Shown here piece by piece: positions 20,524 through 29,524 of a DNA stretch of 64,000 nucleotides. This stretch comes from an uncultured Reyranella sp. (lineage in GTDB: Bacteria > Pseudomonadota > Alphaproteobacteria > Reyranellales > Reyranellaceae), in NCBI GenBank assembly GCA_964533955.1, contig CAZHQA010000001.1, forward strand, positions 44-64,043. Direction: 5' to 3'. The first letter of the stretch is position 1; each line of letters opens with the position of its first letter. Under the pieces are notes generated by a model that was given only the letters and a program-made list of their open reading frames with translations, searched no databases and was not told the DNA's origin. A program made the position numbers and the translations under genes.

Positions 20524-20570
20524 AAATGAGTGTCTGCTCATATAATAAGTGAGCGATCACTCATTTTCAA
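20524..20570 (-). promoter_or_regulatory. near-consensus sigma70-type promoter with embedded palindromes (putative TetR operator)
   Basis: The minus strand reads TTGAAA (20570-20565), a 17-nt spacer, then TATTAT (20547-20542). The spacer holds AGTGA-GCGA-TCACT (plus-strand 20548-20561). ATGAG-N6-CTCAT lies at 20526-20541. The 9-bp arms AAATGAGTG (20524-20532) and CACTCATTT (20558-20566) bracket the -10 box. Confidence 0.45.
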
Positions 20571-20654
20571 GAGGCCAAGAAGATCGAGTTTGCGGCGATT
20601 TTCCCCGTGGACGGCCCCCTGGAGCGGCCCTAGGGTCGCGCTACCCAGACGATC

Positions 20655-20840
20655 CCTGTGGGAGAGACCGCCTTCTCGAGGCGGCGCCGAAGGAGCAACC
20701 GGCCCCGGAAACTCTCAGGCAAACGGACCGCAGGAGGATGGGTCTCTGGAAAGCGGCGCGTGCCCCCGGGCAGGCGCCCACCGACGAGGTAAGGCCGCCG
20801 GACTTTTGGCTGGCCGAATCTTTCAGGTCTCCGGACAGAG
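20655..20840 (+). promoter_or_regulatory. tandem glycine riboswitch (two aptamers) in the gcvT leader
   Basis: Aptamer 1 (20655-20734): CCTGTG-GGAGAG...CCGAAGGAGCAA...CTCTCAGGCAAACGGAC-CGCAGG. Aptamer 2 (20744-20840): CTCTGGAAAG...CACCGACGAGGTAA...TTTCAGGTCTCCGGACAGAG. Both carry the conserved glycine-aptamer cores, and the element sits in front of the glycine cleavage operon. Confidence 0.85.
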
Positions 20841-20897
20841 GGGGTCGCGAGCGGCGCAGCTTTTGCGTCGGGCAACGCGACTCGAACGGAGACTTTT

Positions 20898-22016
20898 TTG
20901 GTCGAACTCAAGCGCACACCGCTCTACGCCCTGCACAAGGAACTCGGCGCTCGCCTCGTGCCGTTCGCCGGCTACGAGATGCCTGTGCAGTATCCTGCCG
21001 GGATCCTCGCCGAGCATGCTCATACCCGCACGGCTGCAGGCCTGTTCGACGTCTCGCACATGGGCCAGGTGCGCCTGACGGCGAGGCCCGGCCAGGCGGC
21101 GAAAGGGGGGGCGGCCAGGGCGCTCGAGACTCTGGTGCCCGGCGATATTGCCGGCCTCGCACCAGGCCAGCAGCGCTACACCCAGTTCACCAACGCGGCC
21201 GGCGGCATCCTCGACGATTTGATGGTGACCAGCACCGGCGATCACCTCCTGCTGGTCGTCAATGCCGCCTGCAAGGACGCCGACCTCGCGCACCTGCAAA
21301 CGCACCTGTCGTCGAGCTGCGAGGTCGAGCCGACCTTCTCGCGCGGGCTGCTGGCCTTGCAGGGGCCGCTCGCAGCGCAAGCGCTGGCCCGTCTGGCGCC
21401 CTCGGTTGCCGGCATGAGGTTCATGACCGGCGCCTTCGTCGTGGTCGACGGCGCGCGCTGCTACGTCACGCGTTCCGGCTATACCGGCAGCGACGGCTAC
21501 GAGATTTCCACGCCGGGTGATCGGACCGAGGCGATTGCGCGCCAGCTGTTGGCCCAGCCCGAGGTCAAGCCGATCGGACTCGGCGCTCGAGATTCGCTCA
21601 GGCTGGAAGCGGGGCTGTGCCTGTACGGCCACGACATCGACACCACCACCACGCCGATCGAAGCCGGCCTGCTGTGGAGCATCGGCAAGGAACGGCGCCT
21701 GCAGGGAGGATTCCCCGGCGCTGCCGTGATCCAAACGCAGATCGCCGAGGGTGCGCCACGCAAGCGCGTCGGCCTGCTGCCTGATGGCAAGGCGATTGCG
21801 CGCGAAGGCGCGGAGATCGCCGTCGCCGGAAAGGTCGCGGGCAAGGTGACGTCGGGCGGATTCTCGCCGACGCTCGGCCGCGCCGTCGCCATGGGTTACG
21901 TCGACAAGGCGCAGTCGGCGAACGGCACCAAGGTCGAGCTCGTGGTGCGCGGCAAGCCGGTGCCAGCCGAGATCGTGCCCATGCCCTTCGTCAAACACGC
22001 CTACTACCGCGGATAG
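20898..22016 (+). CDS. gcvT: glycine cleavage system aminomethyltransferase T
   Basis: LYALHKELGARLVPFAGYEMPVQY and FDVSHMGQ. The start is TTG 20898 preceded by GGAG (20888-20891); no in-frame ATG is nearby. Confidence 0.93.
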   Translation: MVELKRTPLYALHKELGARLVPFAGYEMPVQYPAGILAEHAHTRTAAGLFDVSHMGQVRLTARPGQAAKGGAARALETLVPGDIAGLAPGQQRYTQFTNAAGGILDDLMVTSTGDHLLLVVNAACKDADLAHLQTHLSSSCEVEPTFSRGLLALQGPLAAQALARLAPSVAGMRFMTGAFVVVDGARCYVTRSGYTGSDGYEISTPGDRTEAIARQLLAQPEVKPIGLGARDSLRLEAGLCLYGHDIDTTTTPIEAGLLWSIGKERRLQGGFPGAAVIQTQIAEGAPRKRVGLLPDGKAIAREGAEIAVAGKVAGKVTSGGFSPTLGRAVAMGYVDKAQSANGTKVELVVRGKPVPAEIVPMPFVKHAYYRG

Positions 22017-22025
22017 GAGTCCGAG

Positions 22026-22400
22026 ATGAGCGTCAAGTACAGCAAAGACCATGAATGGATCCGCGTCGAAGGCGATGTCGGAACGATCGGCATCACCAGC
22101 TATGCCCAGGAGCAGTTGGGCGACGTGGTGTTCGTCGACGTGCCCCAGGTCGGCCGCAAGGTCGCCAAGGGCGAGTCGGTCGCGGTGGTGGAATCGGTGA
22201 AGGCCGCCTCGGACATCTATGCGCCGGCATCGGGCGAGATCGTCGAAGGCAATCAGGCGCTTTCCGACTCGCCGGGCGACGTCAATGCCGAGCCGATGGG
22301 CAAGGGCTGGTTCTTCAAGATCAGGCTTTCGGACAAGTCCGAGCTCGACGAGCTGATGGACGAGGCGGCCTACGCGGCCTTCGTGAAGAGCCTGTCGTGA
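22026..22400 (+). CDS. gcvH: glycine cleavage system H protein
   Basis: Lipoyl-lysine motif [13 protein letters not shown]. Length 124 aa. Confidence 0.95.
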   Translation: MSVKYSKDHEWIRVEGDVGTIGITSYAQEQLGDVVFVDVPQVGRKVAKGESVAVVESVKAASDIYAPASGEIVEGNQALSDSPGDVNAEPMGKGWFFKIRLSDKSELDELMDEAAYAAFVKSLS

Positions 22401-22432
22401 CGGCCGCGCGTGCGTAGAGCCAGGAGCACCTG

Positions 22433-23779
22433 ATGCGTTACCTCCCCCTCACCGACGCCGACCGCCGCGAGATGCTGGCGAAGATCGGCGCCAAATCGAT
22501 CGACGAGCTGTTCCGCGACGTGCCCCAGACGGCGCGCCTCGGCGCCGGGATCGCGGGCTTGCCCGATCACCAGGGCGAGCTCGAGGTCGAGCGCGCCTTC
22601 CAGGCCTTCGCCAACAGGAACGTGTCGCCCGCCACGGCGCCGTTCTTCATCGGCGCCGGCGCCTATCGCCACCACGTGCCGGCCACCGTCGATTACATGA
22701 TCCAGCGCGGCGAGTTCCTGACCTCCTATACGCCTTATCAGCCGGAGATCACCCAGGGGACGCTGCAGTACCTCTTCGAGTTCCAGACCCAGGTCGCATT
22801 GCTCACCGGCATGGAAGTGGCCAACGCCTCGATGTACGACGGATCGACCGCCGCATCCGAAGCCGTGCTGATGGCCAACCGGGTGACCCGCCGCCACAAG
22901 GCGCTGATCTCGGGTGGTCTCCATCCGCACTATCGCGCCGTCATCCGGACCGACGCGCGCTGGGAAGGTTTCACCGCCGACTCGGCAAAGGCCGACATCG
23001 AAGGGCACGAGGAGCTGATCGCGCTCATCGACAAGGAGACGTCCTGCGTCGTGGTCCAGAACCCGAGCTTTTTCGGCCATGTGCGCGATTTCGCCAGGCT
23101 TGCCGAGGCCTGCCACGCGGCGGGCGCGCTGCTGATCGTCGTCGTCACCGAAGTGGTTTCGCTTGGACTGATCACGCCGCCGGGCGAGATGGGGGCCGAC
23201 ATCGTGGTCTGCGAGGGCCAGTCGATCGGCAACGGGCTGGGCTTCGGCGGCCCTTATGTCGGGCTGTTCGCCACCAGAGAGAAGTACATGCGCCAGATGC
23301 CGGGCCGGCTGTGCGGCGAGACGGTCGATGCCGACGGCAAGCGCGGTTTCGTGCTGACGCTTTCGACGCGTGAGCAGCACATCAGGCGCGAGAAGGCGAC
23401 GTCCAACATCTGCACCAATGCCGGCCTCTGCGCGCTCGCCTTCACGGTCCATCTCACGCTGCTGGGCGAGACGGGCTTCAGGCGCCTGGCCGAGCTCAAT
23501 CACGCCAAGGCCTCTCAGCTTGCCGACCTCGTGGCGTCGGTGCCCGGGGTGGAAATCCTCAACGACAGCTTCTTCAACGAATTTGCCGTCCGCCTGCCCA
23601 AGCCTGCCGCGCCGGTGGTCGAGGCTCTGGCCGCCCGACGCATCCTGGGCGGGCTGCCGGTATCGCGGCTGATACCGGACGATCCGTCCGTGACTGGTCT
23701 TCTGCTGCTCGCAGCGACGGAGACCGCGACCGAGGCGGGCATGGCGCCGCTGGTCGCCGGCCTCAAGGAGGTGCTGTGA
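22433..23779 (+). CDS. gcvPA: glycine dehydrogenase (decarboxylating) subunit 1
   Basis: [14 protein letters not shown] and N-terminal P-protein-like sequence throughout. Length 448 aa. Confidence 0.95.
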   Translation: MRYLPLTDADRREMLAKIGAKSIDELFRDVPQTARLGAGIAGLPDHQGELEVERAFQAFANRNVSPATAPFFIGAGAYRHHVPATVDYMIQRGEFLTSYTPYQPEITQGTLQYLFEFQTQVALLTGMEVANASMYDGSTAASEAVLMANRVTRRHKALISGGLHPHYRAVIRTDARWEGFTADSAKADIEGHEELIALIDKETSCVVVQNPSFFGHVRDFARLAEACHAAGALLIVVVTEVVSLGLITPPGEMGADIVVCEGQSIGNGLGFGGPYVGLFATREKYMRQMPGRLCGETVDADGKRGFVLTLSTREQHIRREKATSNICTNAGLCALAFTVHLTLLGETGFRRLAELNHAKASQLADLVASVPGVEILNDSFFNEFAVRLPKPAAPVVEALAARRILGGLPVSRLIPDDPSVTGLLLLAATETATEAGMAPLVAGLKEVL

Positions 23780-25356
23780 TGGTCCAGTCGCTCGACCGTT
23801 CGCAGGGCCGCTCCGGCGGCATTTCGGCCGCGGCTTCCGATGCGCCGACCTTTACCGGCAACAGGGCGCTGCAGATCGAGGAGCCGCTGATCTTCGAACT
23901 GGGCCAGGCCGGCCGCTGCGCCGTCGACCTGCCGGAGCCGTCCAAGTGCAAGGACCGCCTCAATGGCCTGCGCCGCACCGGCGAGATCGGCCTGCCGGGG
24001 CTGAGCGAGCCGCAGGTGGTGCAGCACTACACGCGGCTCAGCCAGAAGAACTACGCGATCGACATGGGCGTTTACCCGCTGGGCTCGTGCACCATGAAGC
24101 ACAATCCACGACTCAACGAGAAGGTGGCGCGACTCGGCGGCATCGGCGACCTCCATCCGCTGCAACCGGTCTCCACCGTGCAGGGCGCGCTCGAGCTGAT
24201 CGACCAGCTGGCGCACTGGCTGAAGACGCTGACCGGCATGCCGGCCGTCGCCATGTCGCCTGCCGCCGGCGCCCACGGCGAGATGTGCGGCATGATGACG
24301 ATTGCCGCCGCCCTCGAAGCGCGCGGCGAGCGTGCCCGGCGCAAGACCGTGCTGGCGCCGGAGTCGGCGCACGGCACCAATCCGGCGACGGCCGCCTCGC
24401 TCGGCTTCACCGTGAAGCCGATCCCGGCCAATGAGCGGGGACGCGTCGATCTCGCGGCGCTGAAGGCCGCCCTGGGTCCGGACGTGGCCGCGATCATGCT
24501 GACCAATCCCAACACCTGCGGGCTGTTCGAGACCGAGATCATCGAGATTTCCCGTGCGGTGCACGAGGCTGGTGCCTATTTCTACTGCGATGGCGCCAAC
24601 TTCAACGCCATCGTCGGTCGCGTCCGGCCGGGTGATCTCGGCATCGACTGCATGCACATCAATCTGCACAAGACCTTCTCCACGCCGCATGGCGGCGGCG
24701 GGCCGGGGGCGGGGCCCGTGGTGCTCTCGGCGGCGCTGGCGCCGCATGCGCCTTTTCCCTGGGTCGTGAAGCAGGGCGACACCTGGACCGTCGCCGAGGA
24801 TGGCGCCAGAGTCGATGGCACGCCGATCGGACGGCTGAAGGCCTTCCATGGCCAGATGGGCATGTTCACGCGCGCGCTCGCCTACATCATGAGCCATGGC
24901 GCGGACGGGCTGAAGCAGGCGTCCGAGGACGCCGTTCTGTCGGCCAATTACGTCATGGCCTCGCTCGAGGATGTCATGAGTCCGGCGTTCGAGGGCCCGT
25001 GCATGCACGAGGCATTGTTCGATGACGGCTTCCTCAAGGATAGCGGCGTGAGCACGCTGGACTTTGCCAAGGCGATGATCGACGAGGGCTATCATCCCAT
25101 GACCATGTACTTCCCGCTGGTCGTGCATGGCGCGCTGCTGATCGAGCCGACCGAGAGCCAGGCCAAGGAGGATCTCGACCTGTTCATCGGCGCGCTGCGC
25201 TCGCTCGCCGAGCGGGCGAAAAGCGGCAAGGAGGCGGAGGCCTTCAAGGCCGCCCCGCGCTTCGCGCCGCGGCGGCGTCTCGACGAGACGCTGGCCGCCC
25301 GCAAGCCCGTGCTACGCTGGCGGCCATCGAACGGCTTCAAGCAGGCGGCGGAGTAG
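23779..25356 (+). CDS. gcvPB: glycine dehydrogenase (decarboxylating) subunit 2
   Basis: PLP-lysine region INLHKTFSTPHGGGGPG. ATG 23779 overlaps the gcvPA TGA by 1 nt (GTG 23776 is also possible), with AAGGAG upstream. Confidence 0.95.
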   Translation: MVQSLDRSQGRSGGISAAASDAPTFTGNRALQIEEPLIFELGQAGRCAVDLPEPSKCKDRLNGLRRTGEIGLPGLSEPQVVQHYTRLSQKNYAIDMGVYPLGSCTMKHNPRLNEKVARLGGIGDLHPLQPVSTVQGALELIDQLAHWLKTLTGMPAVAMSPAAGAHGEMCGMMTIAAALEARGERARRKTVLAPESAHGTNPATAASLGFTVKPIPANERGRVDLAALKAALGPDVAAIMLTNPNTCGLFETEIIEISRAVHEAGAYFYCDGANFNAIVGRVRPGDLGIDCMHINLHKTFSTPHGGGGPGAGPVVLSAALAPHAPFPWVVKQGDTWTVAEDGARVDGTPIGRLKAFHGQMGMFTRALAYIMSHGADGLKQASEDAVLSANYVMASLEDVMSPAFEGPCMHEALFDDGFLKDSGVSTLDFAKAMIDEGYHPMTMYFPLVVHGALLIEPTESQAKEDLDLFIGALRSLAERAKSGKEAEAFKAAPRFAPRRRLDETLAARKPVLRWRPSNGFKQAAE

Positions 25357-25358
25357 TC

Positions 25359-25991
25359 ATGGATGCCATCGCTACACTGGTTGCGGTTTTCGCGGTGTTC
25401 ATTCCTGCGCTGATCCTGCCCGGTCCCGATTTCGTCGGCGTCGTGCGCTCCTCGCTGACACGCGGCACGGCGGCCGGTCTGCTGACGACGCTCGGCGTCA
25501 CCATCGGCCTCGGCATGTATGCCACGCTCAGCCTGCTCGGCCTGTCGGCGGTGCTGGTCAAGTACCAATGGCTCACCTGGGCCGTGCGCGTGCTGGGTGG
25601 GGCGTACCTGGTCTATCTCGGCATCAAGCTGCTGCGCGCCAAGCCCGCCACCCTGGATGACGCCGCCACACAGGGTCCCTTGCGGGGCAACCCGTTCCTG
25701 TTCGGGTTCTTCGTCACGCTGACCAACCCGAAGGCAGTCGTGCTGTTCACGAGCGTGTTCGCCACGGCGGTGACGGCGAACACACCGCACTGGCTGATGG
25801 TCCTGATGATCGCGATTACCATGGCGAGCGCGCTGATCTGGTATTCGATCGTCTCGCTCTTCATGTCGTCGGGGCCGGTGATGCGCCGTTTCCAGAACGC
25901 ACGGCACTGGATCGAGCGTGTCGCCGGCGTGTCGTTCGTGCTGATCGGCGGACGCATCATCGCCGACGCACGCAATCCCGTCTCGCCTTAG
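25359..25991 (+). CDS. LysE/RhtB-family amino-acid exporter
   Basis: N-terminal LPGPDFVGVV motif and about six hydrophobic segments in 210 aa. It starts 2 nt after the gcvPB stop. Confidence 0.85.
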   Translation: MDAIATLVAVFAVFIPALILPGPDFVGVVRSSLTRGTAAGLLTTLGVTIGLGMYATLSLLGLSAVLVKYQWLTWAVRVLGGAYLVYLGIKLLRAKPATLDDAATQGPLRGNPFLFGFFVTLTNPKAVVLFTSVFATAVTANTPHWLMVLMIAITMASALIWYSIVSLFMSSGPVMRRFQNARHWIERVAGVSFVLIGGRIIADARNPVSP

Positions 25992-26035
25992 AGCATCCGA
26001 TTCGCTTGCACAGGAGATGGTGTTTCAAAGGGCAT

Positions 26036-26067
26036 GATGGGTTCGGCTGAATCCAGCCGAACCCATC
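26036..26067. repeat. palindromic intergenic repeat, copy A
   Basis: GATGGGTTCGGCTG-AATC-CAGCCGAACCCATC forms a 14-bp perfect stem between the convergent LysE and oxidoreductase genes. It shares the core GCATGAT.GGTTCGGCTG.AATC.AGCCGAACC.ATC with 46493-46530. Confidence 0.6.
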
Positions 26068-26087
26068 TTGCTCTGGCGCCGGGCGCA

Positions 26088-27170
26088 TCACCCTGGGCAG
26101 ATCACCGTCGTCTGGAAGGGCTGCGCGTGCGCCGCGGCGTGGGCGACTGCCTCGTTGGCATGGTCGAGGTCGAACGTGGTGACGGAGAATTCCTCGAGTT
26201 TCACCAGGCCGGCGTGAACCATCGCCGCCATGCGGGTCACTGCCGCGGGCGGATACATCCATTGGCCGCGCAGCGTGATGTTGTTGCGCATCAGCCAGGC
26301 GTAGGGCACGCCAAGATCGTCGCCGCCCTGCATGCCGACGCCGCCCATCAGCACCACCCGGCCGTAGGGCCGCACGGCGAGGAGCGCGGCCCGCACCTGG
26401 CGCGACGTCGCCGCCGGGGGCAGCAGGTCGAGGACGACGTCGATCGGCCCGGGCGCGGCCTTGAGGATGTTCCGCCGATCCTCGTCTTCGCTGCCCCGCA
26501 TCTGCACCGAGCGCACTCGCGGTCCGAGACGGCGTTCGAGCTCCGCCAGCACCTGCGCGTTGCGGCCGGTCGCGATCACCGACGTGGCGCCCATCGCCAG
26601 GGCGACGGCGACGCCCGCGCTGCCGAACGCGCCGGTGGCGCCGTTGACCAGGACGGTCTCGCCCGCCGCCAGGCCGACCGCCAGCAGGCCGCCATAGGGC
26701 ACCAGCAGGGTGCCCATGCAGCTCCAGCGCGGCGCATCGGCGGCGTCGATGACACCGATACGGAGGGCATTCTCGGTCGGCAGGCGCAGGCGTTCGGCCC
26801 AAGCGCCGTCGTGGAAGTAGCCGTGCAGGCGGCGGCCCCCGTCACCAGCCGCAGTCAGGCCCTGCAACAGGATGTCGGGTGCCTGCGCATCGTCGCGCGA
26901 GCGCACGGTCGGGTCGCAGAATACCCAGTCGCCGACCGCGAGATGGGTGGCGTCCGGACCGATGCTTCGCACGCGGCCGACCCCGCCCGGTCCGAAGATC
27001 ACCGGCGGGTCGAGCAGGTACTTGCGGGCGCCGCTCAGTACCTCGCCGGCATAGGCCAGCACCTTGCTGGCGGCGACGTCGACGATGACTTCGCCGGTGC
27101 CCAGCGTCGGATCGGGCACGGTCTGGATGGTGAGGGGCGAGCCGAAGGCCTTCAGGACAGCAGCTTTCAT
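26088..27170 (-). CDS. MDR-family NAD(P)-dependent oxidoreductase (alcohol dehydrogenase/quinone reductase-like)
   Basis: MKAAVLKAFGSPLTIQTVPDP (GroES-like N domain) and the nucleotide-binding VNGATGAFGSAGVAVALAMGA. Confidence 0.88.
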   Translation of the reverse strand: MKAAVLKAFGSPLTIQTVPDPTLGTGEVIVDVAASKVLAYAGEVLSGARKYLLDPPVIFGPGGVGRVRSIGPDATHLAVGDWVFCDPTVRSRDDAQAPDILLQGLTAAGDGGRRLHGYFHDGAWAERLRLPTENALRIGVIDAADAPRWSCMGTLLVPYGGLLAVGLAAGETVLVNGATGAFGSAGVAVALAMGATSVIATGRNAQVLAELERRLGPRVRSVQMRGSEDEDRRNILKAAPGPIDVVLDLLPPAATSRQVRAALLAVRPYGRVVLMGGVGMQGGDDLGVPYAWLMRNNITLRGQWMYPPAAVTRMAAMVHAGLVKLEEFSVTTFDLDHANEAVAHAAAHAQPFQTTVICPG

Positions 27171-27241
27171 GGGGATCTCCTGGGTTGGAGGCCAATATCG
27201 CGGCTCTGGGCGGCGTCATTCAGGCCTGGTATTATCCTGGG

Positions 27242-28033
27242 ATGGAGACACCCAGCCACAGCGAACTCGGCGACTTCCTGCGTTCCCGCCGCGAGCGGCT
27301 CAGCCCCAGGACGGTCGGCTTGCCGAACGGCCGCCGACGCCGCACGCCGGGTCTGCGGCGCGAGGAAGTGGCGGAACTGGCCGGTATCGGCGTCGACTGG
27401 TACGTCCGGCTGGAGCAGGGCCGCTCGGTCAGCCCTTCGGTCACCACCGTCGATGCGCTGGCCCGGGCGCTCCGTCTCAGCAAGGCCGAGCACGGCCATC
27501 TGCGTGCCCTGACCCGGCAGGGCGACCGGCGGGCTTTCGTCCGCGAGAGCGTGCCAGGGCCGCTTCGAAGAATGGTCGAGAGGCTGAACCAGCCGGCCTA
27601 TATCACCGGCCGGCGCTGGGACGTGCTGGCCTGGAACCAGGCGGCGGAGGAGATCTTCGCCTTCGGCCGTTTGCCCGAGCCGGAGCGCAATATCCTGCTC
27701 CTGGTCTTCACGCGACCGGCATCACGGCGCCAATTCGGTGCGGCCTGGGCAGAGGAGGCCCGACGGATCCTGGCCCAGTTCCGGACCACGCACGATCTGT
27801 GGGCCGACGATCCGGCGTTCCGCGACCTGCTGCATCGGCTGCGTGCGGGCAGCCCGGAGTTCGTGGAATGGTGGGGTCGGCACGATATCCGCCCGTCGGC
27901 GGCCGGCGTGAAGCGCCTCAAGCATCCTCAAAAGGGCTGGCTCGCCTTCGAGCATGCGAGCTTCCAGGCCAACGACGACCCGGCGCTGAAGCTCATCGTC
28001 TACACGCCGGTCAGTGCGGCGGCATCGGAATAA
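27242..28033 (+). CDS. MmyB-like helix-turn-helix (XRE-type) transcriptional regulator
   Basis: LGDFLRSRRERLSP...LRREEVAELAGIGVDWYVRLEQGR, followed by a C-terminal ligand-type domain. It is divergent from the MDR oxidoreductase, a common MmyB pairing. Confidence 0.8.
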   Translation: METPSHSELGDFLRSRRERLSPRTVGLPNGRRRRTPGLRREEVAELAGIGVDWYVRLEQGRSVSPSVTTVDALARALRLSKAEHGHLRALTRQGDRRAFVRESVPGPLRRMVERLNQPAYITGRRWDVLAWNQAAEEIFAFGRLPEPERNILLLVFTRPASRRQFGAAWAEEARRILAQFRTTHDLWADDPAFRDLLHRLRAGSPEFVEWWGRHDIRPSAAGVKRLKHPQKGWLAFEHASFQANDDPALKLIVYTPVSAAASE

Positions 28034-28856
28034 ACACGGGCGGCGGACCGGACATGCGCGAACGGGCCTTGATCGCTTCGTCATTGGCGCCTTGCGGCTT
28101 CAGGTAGACGTAGAAGGGCGTGCGGCGCTCGACGATATCCTTGCCGGGCTGCGCGCTTTGACTGACCAGCATGTCGGACTGAATGCGCACATGCATGTAG
28201 CCCGGGATCAGCTCGGCCCAGTTCGCGACCTCGGGCGTGAAGAGAACGTCATAGGAGTATCCGTCGACGACACTCACGACACCCCAGTTCACGCCTGCGG
28301 CGGGCCGCGACGGAACCTGCTGCCAGGTGATGCCCGATTGCACGTAGACGCTGACCGCATTCAGCATCACGTGGAGAGGGCCCTTCGGCCCGACGTTCTG
28401 AAGAAACAACGTCGCTCGATACGACTTGCCGTCCGGCTCGTAGGCGATCTGCTTCAGCTCGACGTAGAGCGAGCGCATGGCGGCATTCTCGAGCAGCAGC
28501 CGTTCCTGGCGCGCCTGTTTCAAGGAGCGCGCTTGATACCAGCCGACGCCGGCGTCCAGTGCGAAGACCGCGAGCAACCCGGCCACGATGCCGATGAATG
28601 CCGGCGAGCGCCAGAAATCCAGGCGGCGACCCAGCTTGATGGCGACGCCCGGCGCCGGTGCCGTCGTCTGGCGCGGCGCGGCGGCGCGCAGCTCATCCAG
28701 CAATTCGCGCGGCTTGTCGCCCGGCGACCCCGCGCCCGTCCGGCGTTTGAGCAGCCGCAGCTCCGACTGAGTTGCGGCAAGCTGGCGTCGCAGTGCCGCG
28801 ATCAACGCATCCTTTTCTGCCGGCAGCTTCGCCGGATCGGTCGGCGGCGTGTTCAT
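28011..28856 (-). CDS. bitopic membrane protein, function unknown (last gene of the beta-propeller/ABC operon)
   Basis: ATGA overlap with the ABC ATPase stop. N-terminal coiled-coil-like LIAALRRQLAATQSELRLLKRR, one TM segment FIGIVAGLLAVFALDAGVGWY, and a C-terminal domain of about 190 aa. No family recognised. Confidence 0.65.
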   Translation of the reverse strand: MNTPPTDPAKLPAEKDALIAALRRQLAATQSELRLLKRRTGAGSPGDKPRELLDELRAAAPRQTTAPAPGVAIKLGRRLDFWRSPAFIGIVAGLLAVFALDAGVGWYQARSLKQARQERLLLENAAMRSLYVELKQIAYEPDGKSYRATLFLQNVGPKGPLHVMLNAVSVYVQSGITWQQVPSRPAAGVNWGVVSVVDGYSYDVLFTPEVANWAELIPGYMHVRIQSDMLVSQSAQPGKDIVERRTPFYVYLKPQGANDEAIKARSRMSGPPPVFIPMPPH

Positions 28857-29521
28857 CCGACGATCGCGCCGTTGGCGATATGAATGATCTGTTCCGCCTG
28901 CTCCGCCAGCGCAAGGTTGTGAGTGACCAGGACCAGCGTGGCGCCGCGTTCGCGATTGACGGCCATCAGCTCGTCCATGATCTCGATCTCGGTCTGCTCA
29001 TCGAGGTCGGAGGTCGGTTCGTCGGCGAGGATCAACACCGGATCGTTGATCAGGGCGCGGGCGATGACGGCGCGGCGCTGCTCGCCGGCGGAAACTTCCG
29101 ATGGATAGGCATCGACCCGACCGCCGAGGCCCATCTGGGCCAGCAGGTCCGAGGCGCGGGCATAGGCATCGCCGGCGGCCCGGTCGCGGGCGAGCATCGC
29201 GGGCAGGGCGACATTGTCGATGAGCCGCAGCGTCGGCAGCAGGCTTGCGAACTGGAAAACGTAGCCGATCCGGCGGTTGCGAAAGGCGGCCAGCGCATTC
29301 TCCGGCAGTCCCCAGATATCGACGCCATCGACCACCGCGTGGCCCTGCGATGGCCGGCTGAGGCCGCCCATCATGGCGATCAACGAGGACTTGCCCGACC
29401 CTGACCGGCCGATGATCGCAGCGAAGCGGCCGGTCGCCACCTCGAGGTCGATGCCGGCGACCGCGGCGACGCTGCCGCGCTCCGTGAGATAGTCCTTTCG
29501 CAGGCCATGGCACGAGAGCAT
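28853..29521 (-). CDS. ABC transporter ATP-binding protein (MacB/LolD-like)
   Basis: Walker A GRSGSGKSS, signature VSAGEQRR, Walker B ILADEPTSDLD, H-loop VTHN. Confidence 0.92.
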   Translation of the reverse strand: MLSCHGLRKDYLTERGSVAAVAGIDLEVATGRFAAIIGRSGSGKSSLIAMMGGLSRPSQGHAVVDGVDIWGLPENALAAFRNRRIGYVFQFASLLPTLRLIDNVALPAMLARDRAAGDAYARASDLLAQMGLGGRVDAYPSEVSAGEQRRAVIARALINDPVLILADEPTSDLDEQTEIEIMDELMAVNRERGATLVLVTHNLALAEQAEQIIHIANGAIVG

Positions 29522-29524
29522 CGC

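Noticed and set aside
20346-20552. 68-aa plus-strand ORF in the TetR upstream region
   Set aside because: It is antisense to the better-supported minus-strand small ORF, which has an SD, a promoter in the right orientation and coupling to the TetR gene. The plus-strand ORF has no SD and no promoter.
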